Notes: generated by a model not told the origin, from the sequence alone. 64,000 bases of DNA from Dehalococcoidia bacterium (GCA_965204715.1 OZ242009.1:54396-118395), one strand, 5' to 3'; positions 19,174 through 29,661 are shown, counted from the stretch's first letter. Program-made: numbers and translations.

Positions 19174-22100
19174 ATGCCCAGAATTTTCGACAACCTCAGT
19201 GATAGCACCAAGCTAGTTTCCGCCCTTCAGGAGACGCTGTCCGTCTCCAACAGGGCAGATTTTTGCGTGGGCTACTTCAACCTGAGGGGTTGGGGCGGCC
19301 TCGCTCCTTACGTAAACCGATGGGACCCGGAAGACGGACCGTGCCGCATTCTAATAGGGATGCAGCGTCTTCCCCACGAGGAACTCAGGGAGGCGCTCAG
19401 TATGGCGGACCGGTCTCCGGGCATGGACAACCGCACCGCCCATCGCCTGCGCCTCCAGTTGGCGGAGCAGTTGCGCCAACAGCTGACCATCGGAGCGCCC
19501 AACAATGATGATGAACAAACCCTGCGTCGGTTGGCGGCGCAACTGCGGGCTGGCAAAGTCGCGGTCAAGCTGTTCCTCCGCCATCCCCTTCACGCCAAGC
19601 TCTATCTCCTCTATCGGGACGATCCCATCAACCCTATCGTGGGCTACCTGGGCAGCAGCAACCTGACCTTCGCCGGCCTCTCGGGGCAGGGCGAACTGAA
19701 CGTGGACGTTTTGGACCACGACGCGACCATTAAGCTCAAGCAATGGTTCGAGGACCGGTGGAAGGACCGTTTCTGCGTTGACATCACCGAGGAATTGATT
19801 CAGATCATTGAGGAGAGTTGGGCGAGGGAGGCACTGGTCCCTCCCTATCACGTTTACCTGAAGATGGCCTACCATCTCTCCCACGAAGCCCGTGCCGGCC
19901 TAGCCGAGTACAAAATTCCGAGTATATTCGGCAACCGCTTGTTTGACTTTCAGGCGGCGGCGGTGAAGATTGCGGCCCACCATCTGAATAAGCGAAACGG
20001 GGTGCTCATCGGTGACGTGGTTGGCCTGGGCAAGACCCTGATGGCGACCGCTGTGGCCCGAATCTTTGAGGATGACTTCGGACTTGAGACGCTGATCATC
20101 TGTCCAAAGAACCTGGTTTCCATGTGGGAGGACTACGCCCACGAGTACGGGTTGCGGGGCAGGGTGATCTCCATCAGCCAGGTAATCGGGCAGTTGCCCA
20201 CTCTTCGGCGTTATCACCTGGTCGTCATCGACGAGAGTCACAACCTGCGTAATCGAGATGGCAGGCGCTATCGTGCCATCCAGGAGTACGTGCGAGAAAA
20301 CGAGAGCAAGTGCATCCTTCTGTCGGCCACGCCTTACAACAAGACCTACCTGGACCTGTCCAGCCAACTGCGCATCTTCGTGGAGGATGACCAGGACTTG
20401 GGCATACGCCCTGAGAGACTGCTTCGTGAGCTGGGCGAGGTGGAGTTCAGCAGGCGGCACCAAGCGTCGCCGCGCACAATGGCTGCATTCGACCTGAGCG
20501 GGTATGCCGACGACTGGCGCGATTTGATGCGACTATACCTGGTGCGCCGGACCCGCAGCTTCATCCAGGACAACTACGCAGAAACGGACCCGGATACGGG
20601 CCGGAAATTTCTCACCTACGAAGACGGTGACAGGTCTTACTTCCCCACCCGCGTCCCAAGAACGGTCAAGTTCACTATTGACGAGGCCAATCCAAACGAC
20701 CAGTACGCCCGTCTCTACTCCCCCGGAGTCGTGGAAACCATCAACAAGCTGGGGTTGCCCAGGTATGGCCTCGGTAACTACATTCTCGACTCACCGCCAG
20801 TTCCCCCTTCTCAGGCTGAAGACAGGCAGATTCAGAACCTGTCTCGCGCAGGCAAGCGGTTAATGGGCTTCTGCCGGACCAACCTGTTCAAACGCATGGA
20901 GAGCAGCGGCGAGGCTTTCCTGCTTTCGGTCGAGCGTCATCTGCTACGAAACTATGTGTTCCTTCACGCCATCCGCAACGGCCTCCCCCTTCCTATAGGT
21001 ACGCAGGACGCCGAGATGCTCGATTCCCGGTTCACAGATGAAGATGAGCAGCAGGCCGCGATGGATTTCCTGGACTCTGAGGAAGAGGACGAACTGGACG
21101 AGGAGGTAGAGGAAGCCGAAATAGCTGGAGGCAGCGTTTGGACAATTGATCATTGCGAAAGCCGCGCCGCGGCAATATATGGAGACTACCAGCGCCTATA
21201 CCATAAGCGATTCCGGTGGCTGCGCTCCGACCTTTTCAGAAAGTCCCTGGAATCCGACCTACAGGCAGACGCTAATGCCCTGCTGGGCTTGCTTCAAACT
21301 CATGGTACTTGGCGCCCGGAACACGACGCCAAGCTGGACGCGCTCCACTCGCTACTCACAGAGACCCATTCCGATGGCAAGGTGCTGGTCTTCTCCCAGT
21401 TCGCGGACACGGTCCGATACCTTGAGGAGCAACTCAGGGACAAGGACGTAAAAAGCATGGCCGGCGTTACCGGCAACTCGGAGGAGCCGACTGCCTTTGC
21501 CAGGCGATTCAGCCCGGCCAGCAATCAAGCGGGGGATAGAGTTACAGCGGAGCGAGAGTTGCGGGTCCTGGTTGCGACCGACGTTTTGAGCGAAGGGCAG
21601 AACTTGCAGGACTGTGCCATTGTGGTCAACTACGACCTTCCCTGGGCCATCATCCGCCTAATCCAGCGGGCCGGGCGCGTCGACCGGATCGGCCAGGCGG
21701 CCAAGGAAATCCTTTGCCATTCCTTCCTGCCCGCCGAGGGTGTGGAGCGCATTATCGACCTGCGCGGGCGGGTCCGGCGCCGTCTGGAGGAGAATGCCGA
21801 GGTGGTAGGCGCCGACGAAACCTTCTTCGAGGATGAGGCCGACGAACAGACCATCCTGAACCTGTACCACGAGCGGGCCGGCATTTTGGATGGCGACCCG
21901 GATGGGGAGGTGGACCTGGCGTCTCACGCCTACCAGATATGGAAGAATGCGATCAGCGCCGACCCCAGGCTGGAACGAGCTGTGACCAGCCTGCCGGACG
22001 TGGTCTTCTCGTCTCGCCAGCACACCCCAATTGCCCAAAGACCGGAGGGAGTGTTGGTTTTCGTCCGCACTCCCGACGGAAACGACGCCCTGGCTTACGT

Positions 22101-22680
22101 CGACAAGGAAGGCAAGAACATCACGGAGTCCCAGTTGGAAATCCTGGCGGCAGCGGAGTGCAGGCCAGATACCTCGGCTCAACCGCATCACGAATTCCAT
22201 CATGGCCTTGTCGAGCAAGGAGTAAAGCATATCGCCAGGGAAGAGCAGCGCGTTGGCGGGCAACTCGGGCGACCTTCCGGCGCCCGTTTCCGCACCTATA
22301 CCCGGCTCAAGGATTACGCCGATTCCATAAAGGGACAGCTATTCGACGTTCCCGCCTTGCACCAGGCTCTGGACGATATATATCGCTATCCCCTTCGGCA
22401 GACGGCGGTGGACACCCTGAACCGGCAACTTCGCAGCGGTGTTGACGACGCCGTGCTGGCCGAGCTGGTGACCGCACTGCGGGACGAAGACCGGCTGTGC
22501 CTAACCGAAGACCACGAAGCCGAGTCCCAGGAACCGCGAGTCATCTGTTCGCTAGGGCTATTCGAGTATGGTCATAGCCTGCCGGACCCGAACAGCCTCT
22601 CTCTTGGGATAGTGACGGTCTCAACAGGAAATGAAGGCTCATGGAGCAGGGACGAAATTTATAATGACGATGGTCGATGA
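19174..22680 (+). CDS. PLD-nuclease (single HxK) / SNF2-like helicase fusion
   Basis: HAKLYLL and GSSNLT; DVVGLGKT, IDESHN, SATP, QRAGRVDR helicase motifs. Confidence 0.92.
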   Translation: MPRIFDNLSDSTKLVSALQETLSVSNRADFCVGYFNLRGWGGLAPYVNRWDPEDGPCRILIGMQRLPHEELREALSMADRSPGMDNRTAHRLRLQLAEQLRQQLTIGAPNNDDEQTLRRLAAQLRAGKVAVKLFLRHPLHAKLYLLYRDDPINPIVGYLGSSNLTFAGLSGQGELNVDVLDHDATIKLKQWFEDRWKDRFCVDITEELIQIIEESWAREALVPPYHVYLKMAYHLSHEARAGLAEYKIPSIFGNRLFDFQAAAVKIAAHHLNKRNGVLIGDVVGLGKTLMATAVARIFEDDFGLETLIICPKNLVSMWEDYAHEYGLRGRVISISQVIGQLPTLRRYHLVVIDESHNLRNRDGRRYRAIQEYVRENESKCILLSATPYNKTYLDLSSQLRIFVEDDQDLGIRPERLLRELGEVEFSRRHQASPRTMAAFDLSGYADDWRDLMRLYLVRRTRSFIQDNYAETDPDTGRKFLTYEDGDRSYFPTRVPRTVKFTIDEANPNDQYARLYSPGVVETINKLGLPRYGLGNYILDSPPVPPSQAEDRQIQNLSRAGKRLMGFCRTNLFKRMESSGEAFLLSVERHLLRNYVFLHAIRNGLPLPIGTQDAEMLDSRFTDEDEQQAAMDFLDSEEEDELDEEVEEAEIAGGSVWTIDHCESRAAAIYGDYQRLYHKRFRWLRSDLFRKSLESDLQADANALLGLLQTHGTWRPEHDAKLDALHSLLTETHSDGKVLVFSQFADTVRYLEEQLRDKDVKSMAGVTGNSEEPTAFARRFSPASNQAGDRVTAERELRVLVATDVLSEGQNLQDCAIVVNYDLPWAIIRLIQRAGRVDRIGQAAKEILCHSFLPAEGVERIIDLRGRVRRRLEENAEVVGADETFFEDEADEQTILNLYHERAGILDGDPDGEVDLASHAYQIWKNAISADPRLERAVTSLPDVVFSSRQHTPIAQRPEGVLVFVRTPDGNDALAYVDKEGKNITESQLEILAAAECRPDTSAQPHHEFHHGLVEQGVKHIAREEQRVGGQLGRPSGARFRTYTRLKDYADSIKGQLFDVPALHQALDDIYRYPLRQTAVDTLNRQLRSGVDDAVLAELVTALRDEDRLCLTEDHEAESQEPRVICSLGLFEYGHSLPDPNSLSLGIVTVSTGNEGSWSRDEIYNDDGR

Positions 22681-23127
22681 TATTCTTTTCGTCGATACGA
22701 ACGTGCTGCTGACCGCAACAGACGAATCGCGCCTGCTGCACTCCGAGGCACTTCAACTCCTGGCCGGCACCGTCAGCCGGGACAAGCGCCTGGCCACCAG
22801 TGGTCAGGTGGTTCGCGAATACCTGGTGGTGGCCACCCGTCCCATCGAAAACAACGGCTTGGGTCTAAGCGCAGCAGACGCGGAAGTAAACGTGAACGAG
22901 TTTTTGCGCGGTCTTGAACTGTTTGACGAAACCGAAGCAGTGTCCATGCGGCTGCGCCAGTTGGTACGACCCACAATCTGCGAGGCAAGCGCCTGCACGA
23001 CGCCAATATAGTCGCTACTATGGCGGTACATGGGATCCACACTCTGCTGACGCAGAACGGGACCGACTTTGCGCCATTTAACGAAATAGCAATCGTAGCA
23101 ATCCCGGACATTGCCGTTGAAGGGTGA
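22670..23127 (+). pseudogene. PIN (VapC-like) toxin with 1-nt frameshift near 22969
   Basis: FVDTNVLL...VVREYL, continued in shifted frame by THNLRGKRLHDANIVATMAVHGIHTLLTQNGTDF. Confidence 0.85.
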
Positions 23128-23142
23128 GAGAAAGGGTAACTG

Positions 23143-26100
23143 ATGCAAGCACAAGTTGACGAACTCCGTCCCTACCTGCAGAACTTTGACCTCACCGGGT
23201 TGATGGTTGAAGCGCTGGGCTGGGACTATTACCGGGCAGACCCCATCGCAGTGTCCGCGAGCGGCGAGGACTTTGAGTTGAGTCCCATAGCGCAAAAAGC
23301 GGGCTTTGCCGTCTACCGCTGCGGCCCCAATGCCCATGGAGACGTTCCGCCCCAGAGCGTCCGGCGGCAGATCGAAAATCGCGTGGCGCAAATCAACTAC
23401 GAGCACCTGATTATCTTTGTGGATGCTGCCGAAGCCCGCCAGGTCTGGCAGTGGGTCAAGCGCGAATCCGGCAAGCCTCCGGCCCTGCGCGAACTACGCT
23501 ACGAAAAAGGCCAGACGGGAACGGCCCTGCTGCAACGGCTGCGCGGCATCGAGTTCACCCTAGAGGAAGAGGGCGGCCTGGGAATCACCGACGTAACCGA
23601 GAGATTCCGCCAGTCCCTGGACATCGAGCGCGTGACCAAGCGCTTCTACGAGCGGTTCCGCAAAGAGTTGGCCGACTTCCAGAAGTTCATCACCGGAATT
23701 GCCGCGCAGGGTGACAAGGACTGGTACGCCTCCCTGATGTTGAACCGGCTGATGTTCGTCTACTTCATCCAGAAGCAGGGCTTCCTGGACGGCGACGAGC
23801 ATTACCTGCGCAACCGCCTGAAGATGGTGCAGGAAAAGGACGGCCCCGACCAGTTCCAGCGGTTCTACCGCAAGTTCCTGCTGCGCCTGTTCCACGAAGG
23901 CCTGGGCCAACCCGAGGCTGACAGGCCAGCCGAGCTTGTCGCCCTGCTGGGCCAGGTGCCTTACCTCAACGGCGGCATCTTCGACCAGCACGCCCTGGAG
24001 CGCGACAACCCGGGCATCAACATCCCGGACGCTGCCTTCCAGCAGATATTCGGCTACTTCGACCAGTACCAGTGGCACCTGGACGACCGGCCCAGTGGCA
24101 ACGACAACGAAATCAACCCCGACGTGCTGGGCTACATCTTCGAGAAATACGTCAACCAGAAGCAGATGGGCGCCTACTACACCAAGGAGGACATCACCGG
24201 CTACATCGCCCGCAACACGGTCATTCCCCGCCTGCTGGAAATGGCCCAGGCGGAATGCCTGACTGACTTCGCTCCCGAAGGCGGCGTGTGGCGGCTGCTC
24301 CAGGACGACCCCGACAACTACATCTACCCGTCCGTAGGCCACGGCGTCGCCTGGGACTATTCCCCCGACAGCGTCATACGGCTGGAGCAGCCACTGGAGT
24401 TGCCGGACAACATCGCCGCTGGCCTGGAAGACACCGCGAAGCGCGGCGAGTGGAACCGGCCCGCCCCGGAGGACTACGCCCTGCCCACCGAGACCTGGCG
24501 CGAGCTGATAGCCCGCCGCCACCGCTACGAGGGAGTCCGCGGCAAGCTGGCAGCCGGCGAAGTGCATAGCGTCAACGACCTCATCACCCTCAACCTCGAC
24601 AGCGAGCGTTTCGCCAGAGACGTCATCGTCAACAGCGAAGGGCCGGAACTGGTGCGGGCCGTCTGGAAAGCCCTGACCCGGATCTCCGTCCTCGATCCGG
24701 CCTGCGGCTCCGGCGCCTTCCTGTTCGCCGCCCTCAACATCCTGGAGCCGCTGTACTCCGCAACCTTGCAGGCCATGCGTGGATTCGTTGCCGACTTAGA
24801 AACCTCGCGGCGGCCCCGCAATCCAAACGCCCTGCGCGACTTCCAGGAAATCCTGGACGCCGCCGGACAGCACCGCAACGAGCGCTACTACATCCTCAAG
24901 TCCATCATCGTCAACAACCTCTACGGCGTGGACATCATGGAGGAGGCGGTCGAAATCTGCCGCCTGCGCTTGTTCCTCAAGCTGGCCGCCCAACTCGAGA
25001 CCTACGATCAGATTGAACCCCTGCCCGACATCGACTTCAACATCCAACCCGGCAACAGCCTTGTCGGGTTCACCTCAGCCGCCGCTGTCCGCCGGGCTAT
25101 GGAGGTGGACCTCAAGGGCCAGCGGCGAATGATAGCCCCGGAGGAAGAAGGCGCTCTGCGCAGCATCGAGAACAAGGCCGCGTCCATCGCCCGCCAGTAC
25201 CACTACTTCCAGCAAGTCCAGACGGAATACGGCATGGGCTACGCCGAGCTTGCCGACTCTAAACTGAACCTGCAATCTAGGCTGAACGAATTGCGGGGCG
25301 AACTGGATGCCCTGCTGGCCAGAGAGTACGGGGTGGACGCCAACAAGTCCACGCCATTCCAGAAGTGGCAGGTAAGCCATCGGCCGTTCCACTGGTTCGT
25401 CGAGTTCCACGGCATCATGCACAACGGCGGCTTTGACGTAGTGGTGGGCAACCCACCGTATGTCGAGTACAGCAAGGTCAAAGGTGACTATACGGTCAAT
25501 GGTTACGAGACGGAGTCTTGCGGCAATTTATATGCGTTCATGATGGAACGCTCTGGGCATTTGCTGAATGGTCGCGGCCACTATGGAATGATTGTGCCTT
25601 CGGGGGTGCTAGGCTTAAGCGATACTCGTTCTTTGAGAAGAGTTTTGTTTGATCGCTTTGCCAATGCTTTTTGCAGCACATTCTCAATTCGCCCATCTAA
25701 GCTTTTCGATGGGGTTGACCAAAGGCTCTGCATTTTCTTGGCCGACTGCTCAAATCCTATCAACGGAATCAAGACCACGCAGTACCACCACTGGAACAGC
25801 GAGGAACGGAGCTTTCTGTTCCACCTGCTTTGCTATGCCGAATCGTCTGAACACAGTCGCCTTCATCGCATCCCTCAAATTGGGTCGCCTGTAGCCTCTA
25901 GGATTTTGGCAGCCATAGAGCGAATGGCAGACTCTACGGCAAATTCGTACTACGCACTCAAGCAATCGGGCACCTTGTTGCACTACCATCGGAGCCCGCG
26001 CTACTGGATACGCGCAATGGACTTCGAACAATACTTTCAAAGTGCTACCCGATCTCGTTCAGTGCACATTTTCGAGACCTGCATTTTGATAATACGAGGG

Positions 26101-26453
26101 CTGCAAATGCAGTTGGGTCTGTACTCAACAGTTCTCTTTTCTTTTTCTGGTTCATTACCCTGGGTAATGGTCGAAATATCACGGGCGAAGACGTGGGAGA
26201 GTTTCCTGTCGGCAGACTGCCAGCGCAGCGCGATTTCTCAGAGTTGTTTGATAAACTAATGGAGGACTACAAAAGGCATTCTGTTTTTCGCCGCCGGTCT
26301 GACGCCGAATTTCAGGAATTTCATCCCAGCAAATCAAAATCAATTATCGACGAAATCGACCGGGTGCTGGCCGAACACTACGGGTTCACCGACGAGGAGT
26401 TGGACTTCATCATCAACTACGACATCAAGTACCGCATGGGGCGGGAGGGGTGA
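23143..26453 (+). pseudogene. Large N6-adenine DNA methyltransferase with TRD (Eco57I/type IIG-like), 1-nt frameshift near 26067
   Basis: YLNGGIF, GAYYT, VLDPACGSGAFL, FDVVVGNPPY; C-terminus LNSSLFFFW...IDEIDRVLAEHYGFTDEELDFI is in the frame starting 26067. Confidence 0.88.
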
Positions 26454-27097
26454 TGGAAGACCGAAGAACAGTTTTAGACCACATTGATGGCATAGAAGTT
26501 TCGGCAGAGGCCCACCATAACAACCTGACCGTCTTACAATCCCTGGACATCGGGTTGTTCAAACTGGCTGAGTCTGCTCGTCAACATGAGGTCGAGGCGC
26601 TGGAGCGATTCGGCAACGACAATATAAGATTCTTCAGCGATTTCGGGAGCCCCGTGGAAATGTGGCTTGGATGTATGTTTGACTGGTTTGCGATAAGCCT
26701 TGTCAGCTACATGCGTACGGTTCAGCTAATGCGTTTGATGGAAATCAAACGCTGGGACCTGGAAGAACTGAAACAGTCCCCTGCGCAACAGAAACTGCAC
26801 GATGCTTGTGAGGCGTACATCAAGAGGGTCGCCCCAGAGGTGCTTGAATGGCGCAACAAAATCGCGGCCCACAGGGTCGCTACTGATCCCAGGCGGTCTG
26901 ATAGTCTGGCTCTCCTCACATATTCGACCATGCCTGCGGTCGGGTACCATAGTCCTTACTACTGGGTTGGTCATTTCACACTTACCTTAGGTGATGGCAG
27001 TTCTGCTGCCTTACCGCAGTGGTCGCTAACGAAAAAGTACGAGGAACTGTCTTCAAGATTCTGGCCCAACAGAAAACTCACGGAGCTTGATTGGTGA
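26453..27097 (+). CDS. Putative HEPN-domain RNase
   Basis: Helical protein with WRNKIAAH (Rx5H); TGATG overlap with MTase stop. Confidence 0.55.
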   Translation: MEDRRTVLDHIDGIEVSAEAHHNNLTVLQSLDIGLFKLAESARQHEVEALERFGNDNIRFFSDFGSPVEMWLGCMFDWFAISLVSYMRTVQLMRLMEIKRWDLEELKQSPAQQKLHDACEAYIKRVAPEVLEWRNKIAAHRVATDPRRSDSLALLTYSTMPAVGYHSPYYWVGHFTLTLGDGSSAALPQWSLTKKYEELSSRFWPNRKLTELDW

Positions 27098-27112
27098 AAC
27101 CTCCAATAGCCG

Positions 27113-27247
27113 ATGGCGGGAAAAATGGAGGAAACACCGCGGATCAGGACGACGGTACAGCCGGGCAGCAGGGCGGACTTTGCCAGCCCAGAGTTGGAAG
27201 CGGGGCAGCGTGTAGACTTGGAGGAGGCCGAACACTGTAGGAGATAG
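27113..27247 (+). pseudogene. Remnant of small antitoxin-like gene (PRIRTTVQPG)
   Basis: Manual translation; paralogous fragment PRIRTTVLPGG at 27853-27900. Confidence 0.4.
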
Positions 27248-27250
27248 GGC

Positions 27251-27481
27251 ATGAAATCACTGGACAGGATTACCTTCGATCCCGCCGTCATGGGGGGCAA
27301 GGCGTGCGTCCGGGGCATGCGCGTAACCGCCGGTACGGTAGTAGGGCTGTTGGCGGCCGGCCGCTCCCGTGCGGAGATAATTCAAGCTTACCCGTATCTT
27401 GAGGGGGAAGACATCGACCAGTGCCTGGCCTACGCGGCCTGGCGACTGGAGGAACGCGAGGTTCCTCTTTACGCGCCATGA
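27251..27481 (+). CDS. DUF433 antitoxin
   Basis: RITFDPAVMGGKACVRGMRV...YPYLEGEDIDQCLAYAA. Confidence 0.92.
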   Translation: MKSLDRITFDPAVMGGKACVRGMRVTAGTVVGLLAAGRSRAEIIQAYPYLEGEDIDQCLAYAAWRLEEREVPLYAP

Positions 27482-27814
27482 GGCTGAAATTCCTCGTTGA
27501 CATGAACCTGTCACCCCAATGGGTGCCCGTTCTGCGGAAGCACGGGTGGCAGGCAGTGCACTGGTCCACCGTTGGAGACCCGGGCGCCAGCGACAAAGAA
27601 ATCATGGACTGGGCCAGGAGTAACCAACACGTCGTGTTCACCCACGACCTGGACTTCGGCACCATGCCGGCGCTCTCGCACGGAAGACACCCTGCCGGAC
27701 TATCTGGAGGAGCCGGTCGTTGCCGCTCTCAACCAGCATGAAGCCGACTTGTCCGCTGGGGCCCTGGTCGTGGTTGATGAAAGCCGAAATCGGGTCCGAG
27801 TGCTGCCGATATGA
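27478..27814 (+). pseudogene. DUF5615 PIN-like toxin with internal deletion/frameshift
   Basis: FLVDMNLSP...THDLDFG then frame change to ...GALVVVDESRNRVRVLPI. Confidence 0.85.
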
Positions 27815-27909
27815 GACTGCATGCCGTGCGTCCCCAACCGATGACGCCAGCGATGCCAATATCACCACGCATCAGGACGACAGTATTGCCAGGAGGCGAG
27901 AAGCAGGAA

Positions 27910-28155
27910 ATGGAATTGTACCAGTTGGACTACATCCTGCACGAACCCTGCGAAGACCAGGGCTGGTTCTACATGGCCGAGATACCGGCGCTGCCCGGCT
28001 GCCGGGCTCGGGCTGAGACCGCTTCCGGGACCCTGGCCGAGCTGCCGGCGGTGGCGGAGCAGTTCATCCTGTCCTACAAAGACCGGGGCAAACCCCTGCC
28101 CGCCGCGACAACCCCGTCCCCAGCCGGAAAGGGCAGAATCTCCGTGGCGGTATGA
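27910..28155 (+). CDS. hicB: HicB-like antitoxin (short form)
   Basis: YMAEIPALPGCRARAET...GKPLP. Confidence 0.75.
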   Translation: MELYQLDYILHEPCEDQGWFYMAEIPALPGCRARAETASGTLAELPAVAEQFILSYKDRGKPLPAATTPSPAGKGRISVAV

Positions 28156-28406
28156 CCTGCCGGGAACTGCCGAGAAAACTCCGCCGGCTGGGATGCGCCT
28201 GGGAACGCCAGGCCGGAGGTTCTCACGAAATCCGGGTCAACCCGGCCAACGACAGGGAAACCACCATTCCGAGGCACGCCAACCGCGACCTGCCCGTTGA
28301 AACTTGTGCTGGACTAGGCAACACGACATCTGGCGGGTGGAATCCGACACCGTCGGACGCCGCAGGCCGGATTCTTAATTTCGCAAGCGTCTCAGCTTCG
28401 GATTGA
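28152..28406 (+). CDS. hicA: HicA-like toxin, C-terminus atypical (possibly degraded)
   Basis: LRRLGCAWERQAGGSHE...TTIPRHANRDLP; ATGA overlap with hicB. Confidence 0.7.
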   Translation: MTCRELPRKLRRLGCAWERQAGGSHEIRVNPANDRETTIPRHANRDLPVETCAGLGNTTSGGWNPTPSDAAGRILNFASVSASD

Positions 28407-28514
28407 CAATGACTTACCAGTCTGTTGAAATTGCGATGTCCGCAAGCGTTGCACTGGTTCAGGACGAATGCGGACATTCACCAGTTACACAAGACTATCA
28501 ACGGAGGAGATACT

Positions 28515-29501
28515 ATGGCGGGTAGCACGTTGATATACGTAGGCGCAGAAGCCAGCGGCCTGTACCGGAAAGAGGCCGGGGAGGCCCACTGGGAGAACCT
28601 GACCAGGGGTATGGCCCCGTCGGCGCAGGCCAGGGCCATTGCGATCCATCCCCAGGACCCCAACATCGTGTTTGCCGGGACGCAACGGGGCGTTTACCGC
28701 AGCAAGGACCGGGGCGACAACTGGGAGCGCATGAACCTGACCGAGGGCAGGGTTGTGTGGTCGATCAAGTTCCACCCCGGCGACCCGAATACGATGTTCC
28801 TGGGCACCGAGGGCAGCGAGGTGTTCAAGAGCACGGACGGCGGGGAGAACTGGGAGTACCTGGCGACCATATCCAACCCCGACTCGGTGCAGATGGCCTT
28901 CGCCACCCGCATCCTGGGGCTGGCCATCGAGTCCAGCAGCCCGGACCACATGTATGCGGCCCTGGAGGTCGGGGGCGCGGCCCGAAGCTCCGACGGCGGG
29001 AAGAGCTGGCAGATCGTCAACCGCAACTTCGCGGGCGACGTGGACCTGATGGACCTCCACGGCGTGGCCATCGGCGGGGCCGACTCCGGCTCGGTGTTCA
29101 TCTCCAACCGGGTCGGCGTGTGGCGGACCCGGGACCGGGGGGACAACTGGGAGAACCTGGAGTTCCAGAAGTATTCACCCATAATGTACTCTCGCGGCGT
29201 ACAGGCGGACCCGAACGACTCCAACACCCTCTACGCCTGCGTGGGGATGAACTTCGGCAGCGAAGAGGGCGGCGTACTGCGCACGACCAACCTGGGCGAC
29301 ACGTGGGAGCGTTTCGACAACGGCGAACCAAGGAGCACCACATTCGGCGTCTCCATCAACGCCCAGGACCCGAACCAGGTGTACTTCTGCACGCGCAGGG
29401 GGCAGGTGTTCGGGACCCACGACGGCGGCGCAAGCTGGACCGAACACAAGCTCCCGGAGGGGGCTGAAAACGTGATCAGCGTGGCCTGCTCGTCCACCTG
29501 A
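28515..29501 (+). CDS. BNR/Asp-box beta-propeller protein (YCF48/glycosyl hydrolase-like)
   Basis: Repeated S/T-x-D-x-G-x-x-W Asp boxes; GGAGGAG SD. Confidence 0.85.
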   Translation: MAGSTLIYVGAEASGLYRKEAGEAHWENLTRGMAPSAQARAIAIHPQDPNIVFAGTQRGVYRSKDRGDNWERMNLTEGRVVWSIKFHPGDPNTMFLGTEGSEVFKSTDGGENWEYLATISNPDSVQMAFATRILGLAIESSSPDHMYAALEVGGAARSSDGGKSWQIVNRNFAGDVDLMDLHGVAIGGADSGSVFISNRVGVWRTRDRGDNWENLEFQKYSPIMYSRGVQADPNDSNTLYACVGMNFGSEEGGVLRTTNLGDTWERFDNGEPRSTTFGVSINAQDPNQVYFCTRRGQVFGTHDGGASWTEHKLPEGAENVISVACSST

Positions 29502-29544
29502 TTGCGGCTCCCGGCAGCGGGGCTTTCCAGGGCAAGGCTGATTT

Positions 29545-29573
29545 TCTGGGGTGGATGTCGAGTCCACCCCAGA
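29545..29573. repeat. Perfect 11-bp hairpin (REP-like or terminator)
   Basis: TCTGGGGTGGA-tgtcgag-TCCACCCCAGA. Confidence 0.7.
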
Positions 29574-29595
29574 CCTGTTAATGGCGATATGCGGG

Positions 29596-29644
29596 GCAAA
29601 GACGATTCAAGGCAAAGACCATGCAAAGATCATGCAAAGATCAT
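29596..29644 (+). repeat. Four 11-bp direct repeats GCAAAGAYSAT
   Basis: Copies at 29596, 29612, 29623, 29634. Confidence 0.85.
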
Positions 29645-29661
29645 TCGGGGAGCGGCAAGTC

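Noticed and set aside
19174-26453. Calling the island DISARM, BREX or type I/III RM
   Set aside because: No DrmA/DrmB, PglZ/BrxC, HsdS or Mod/Res-type genes recognised.
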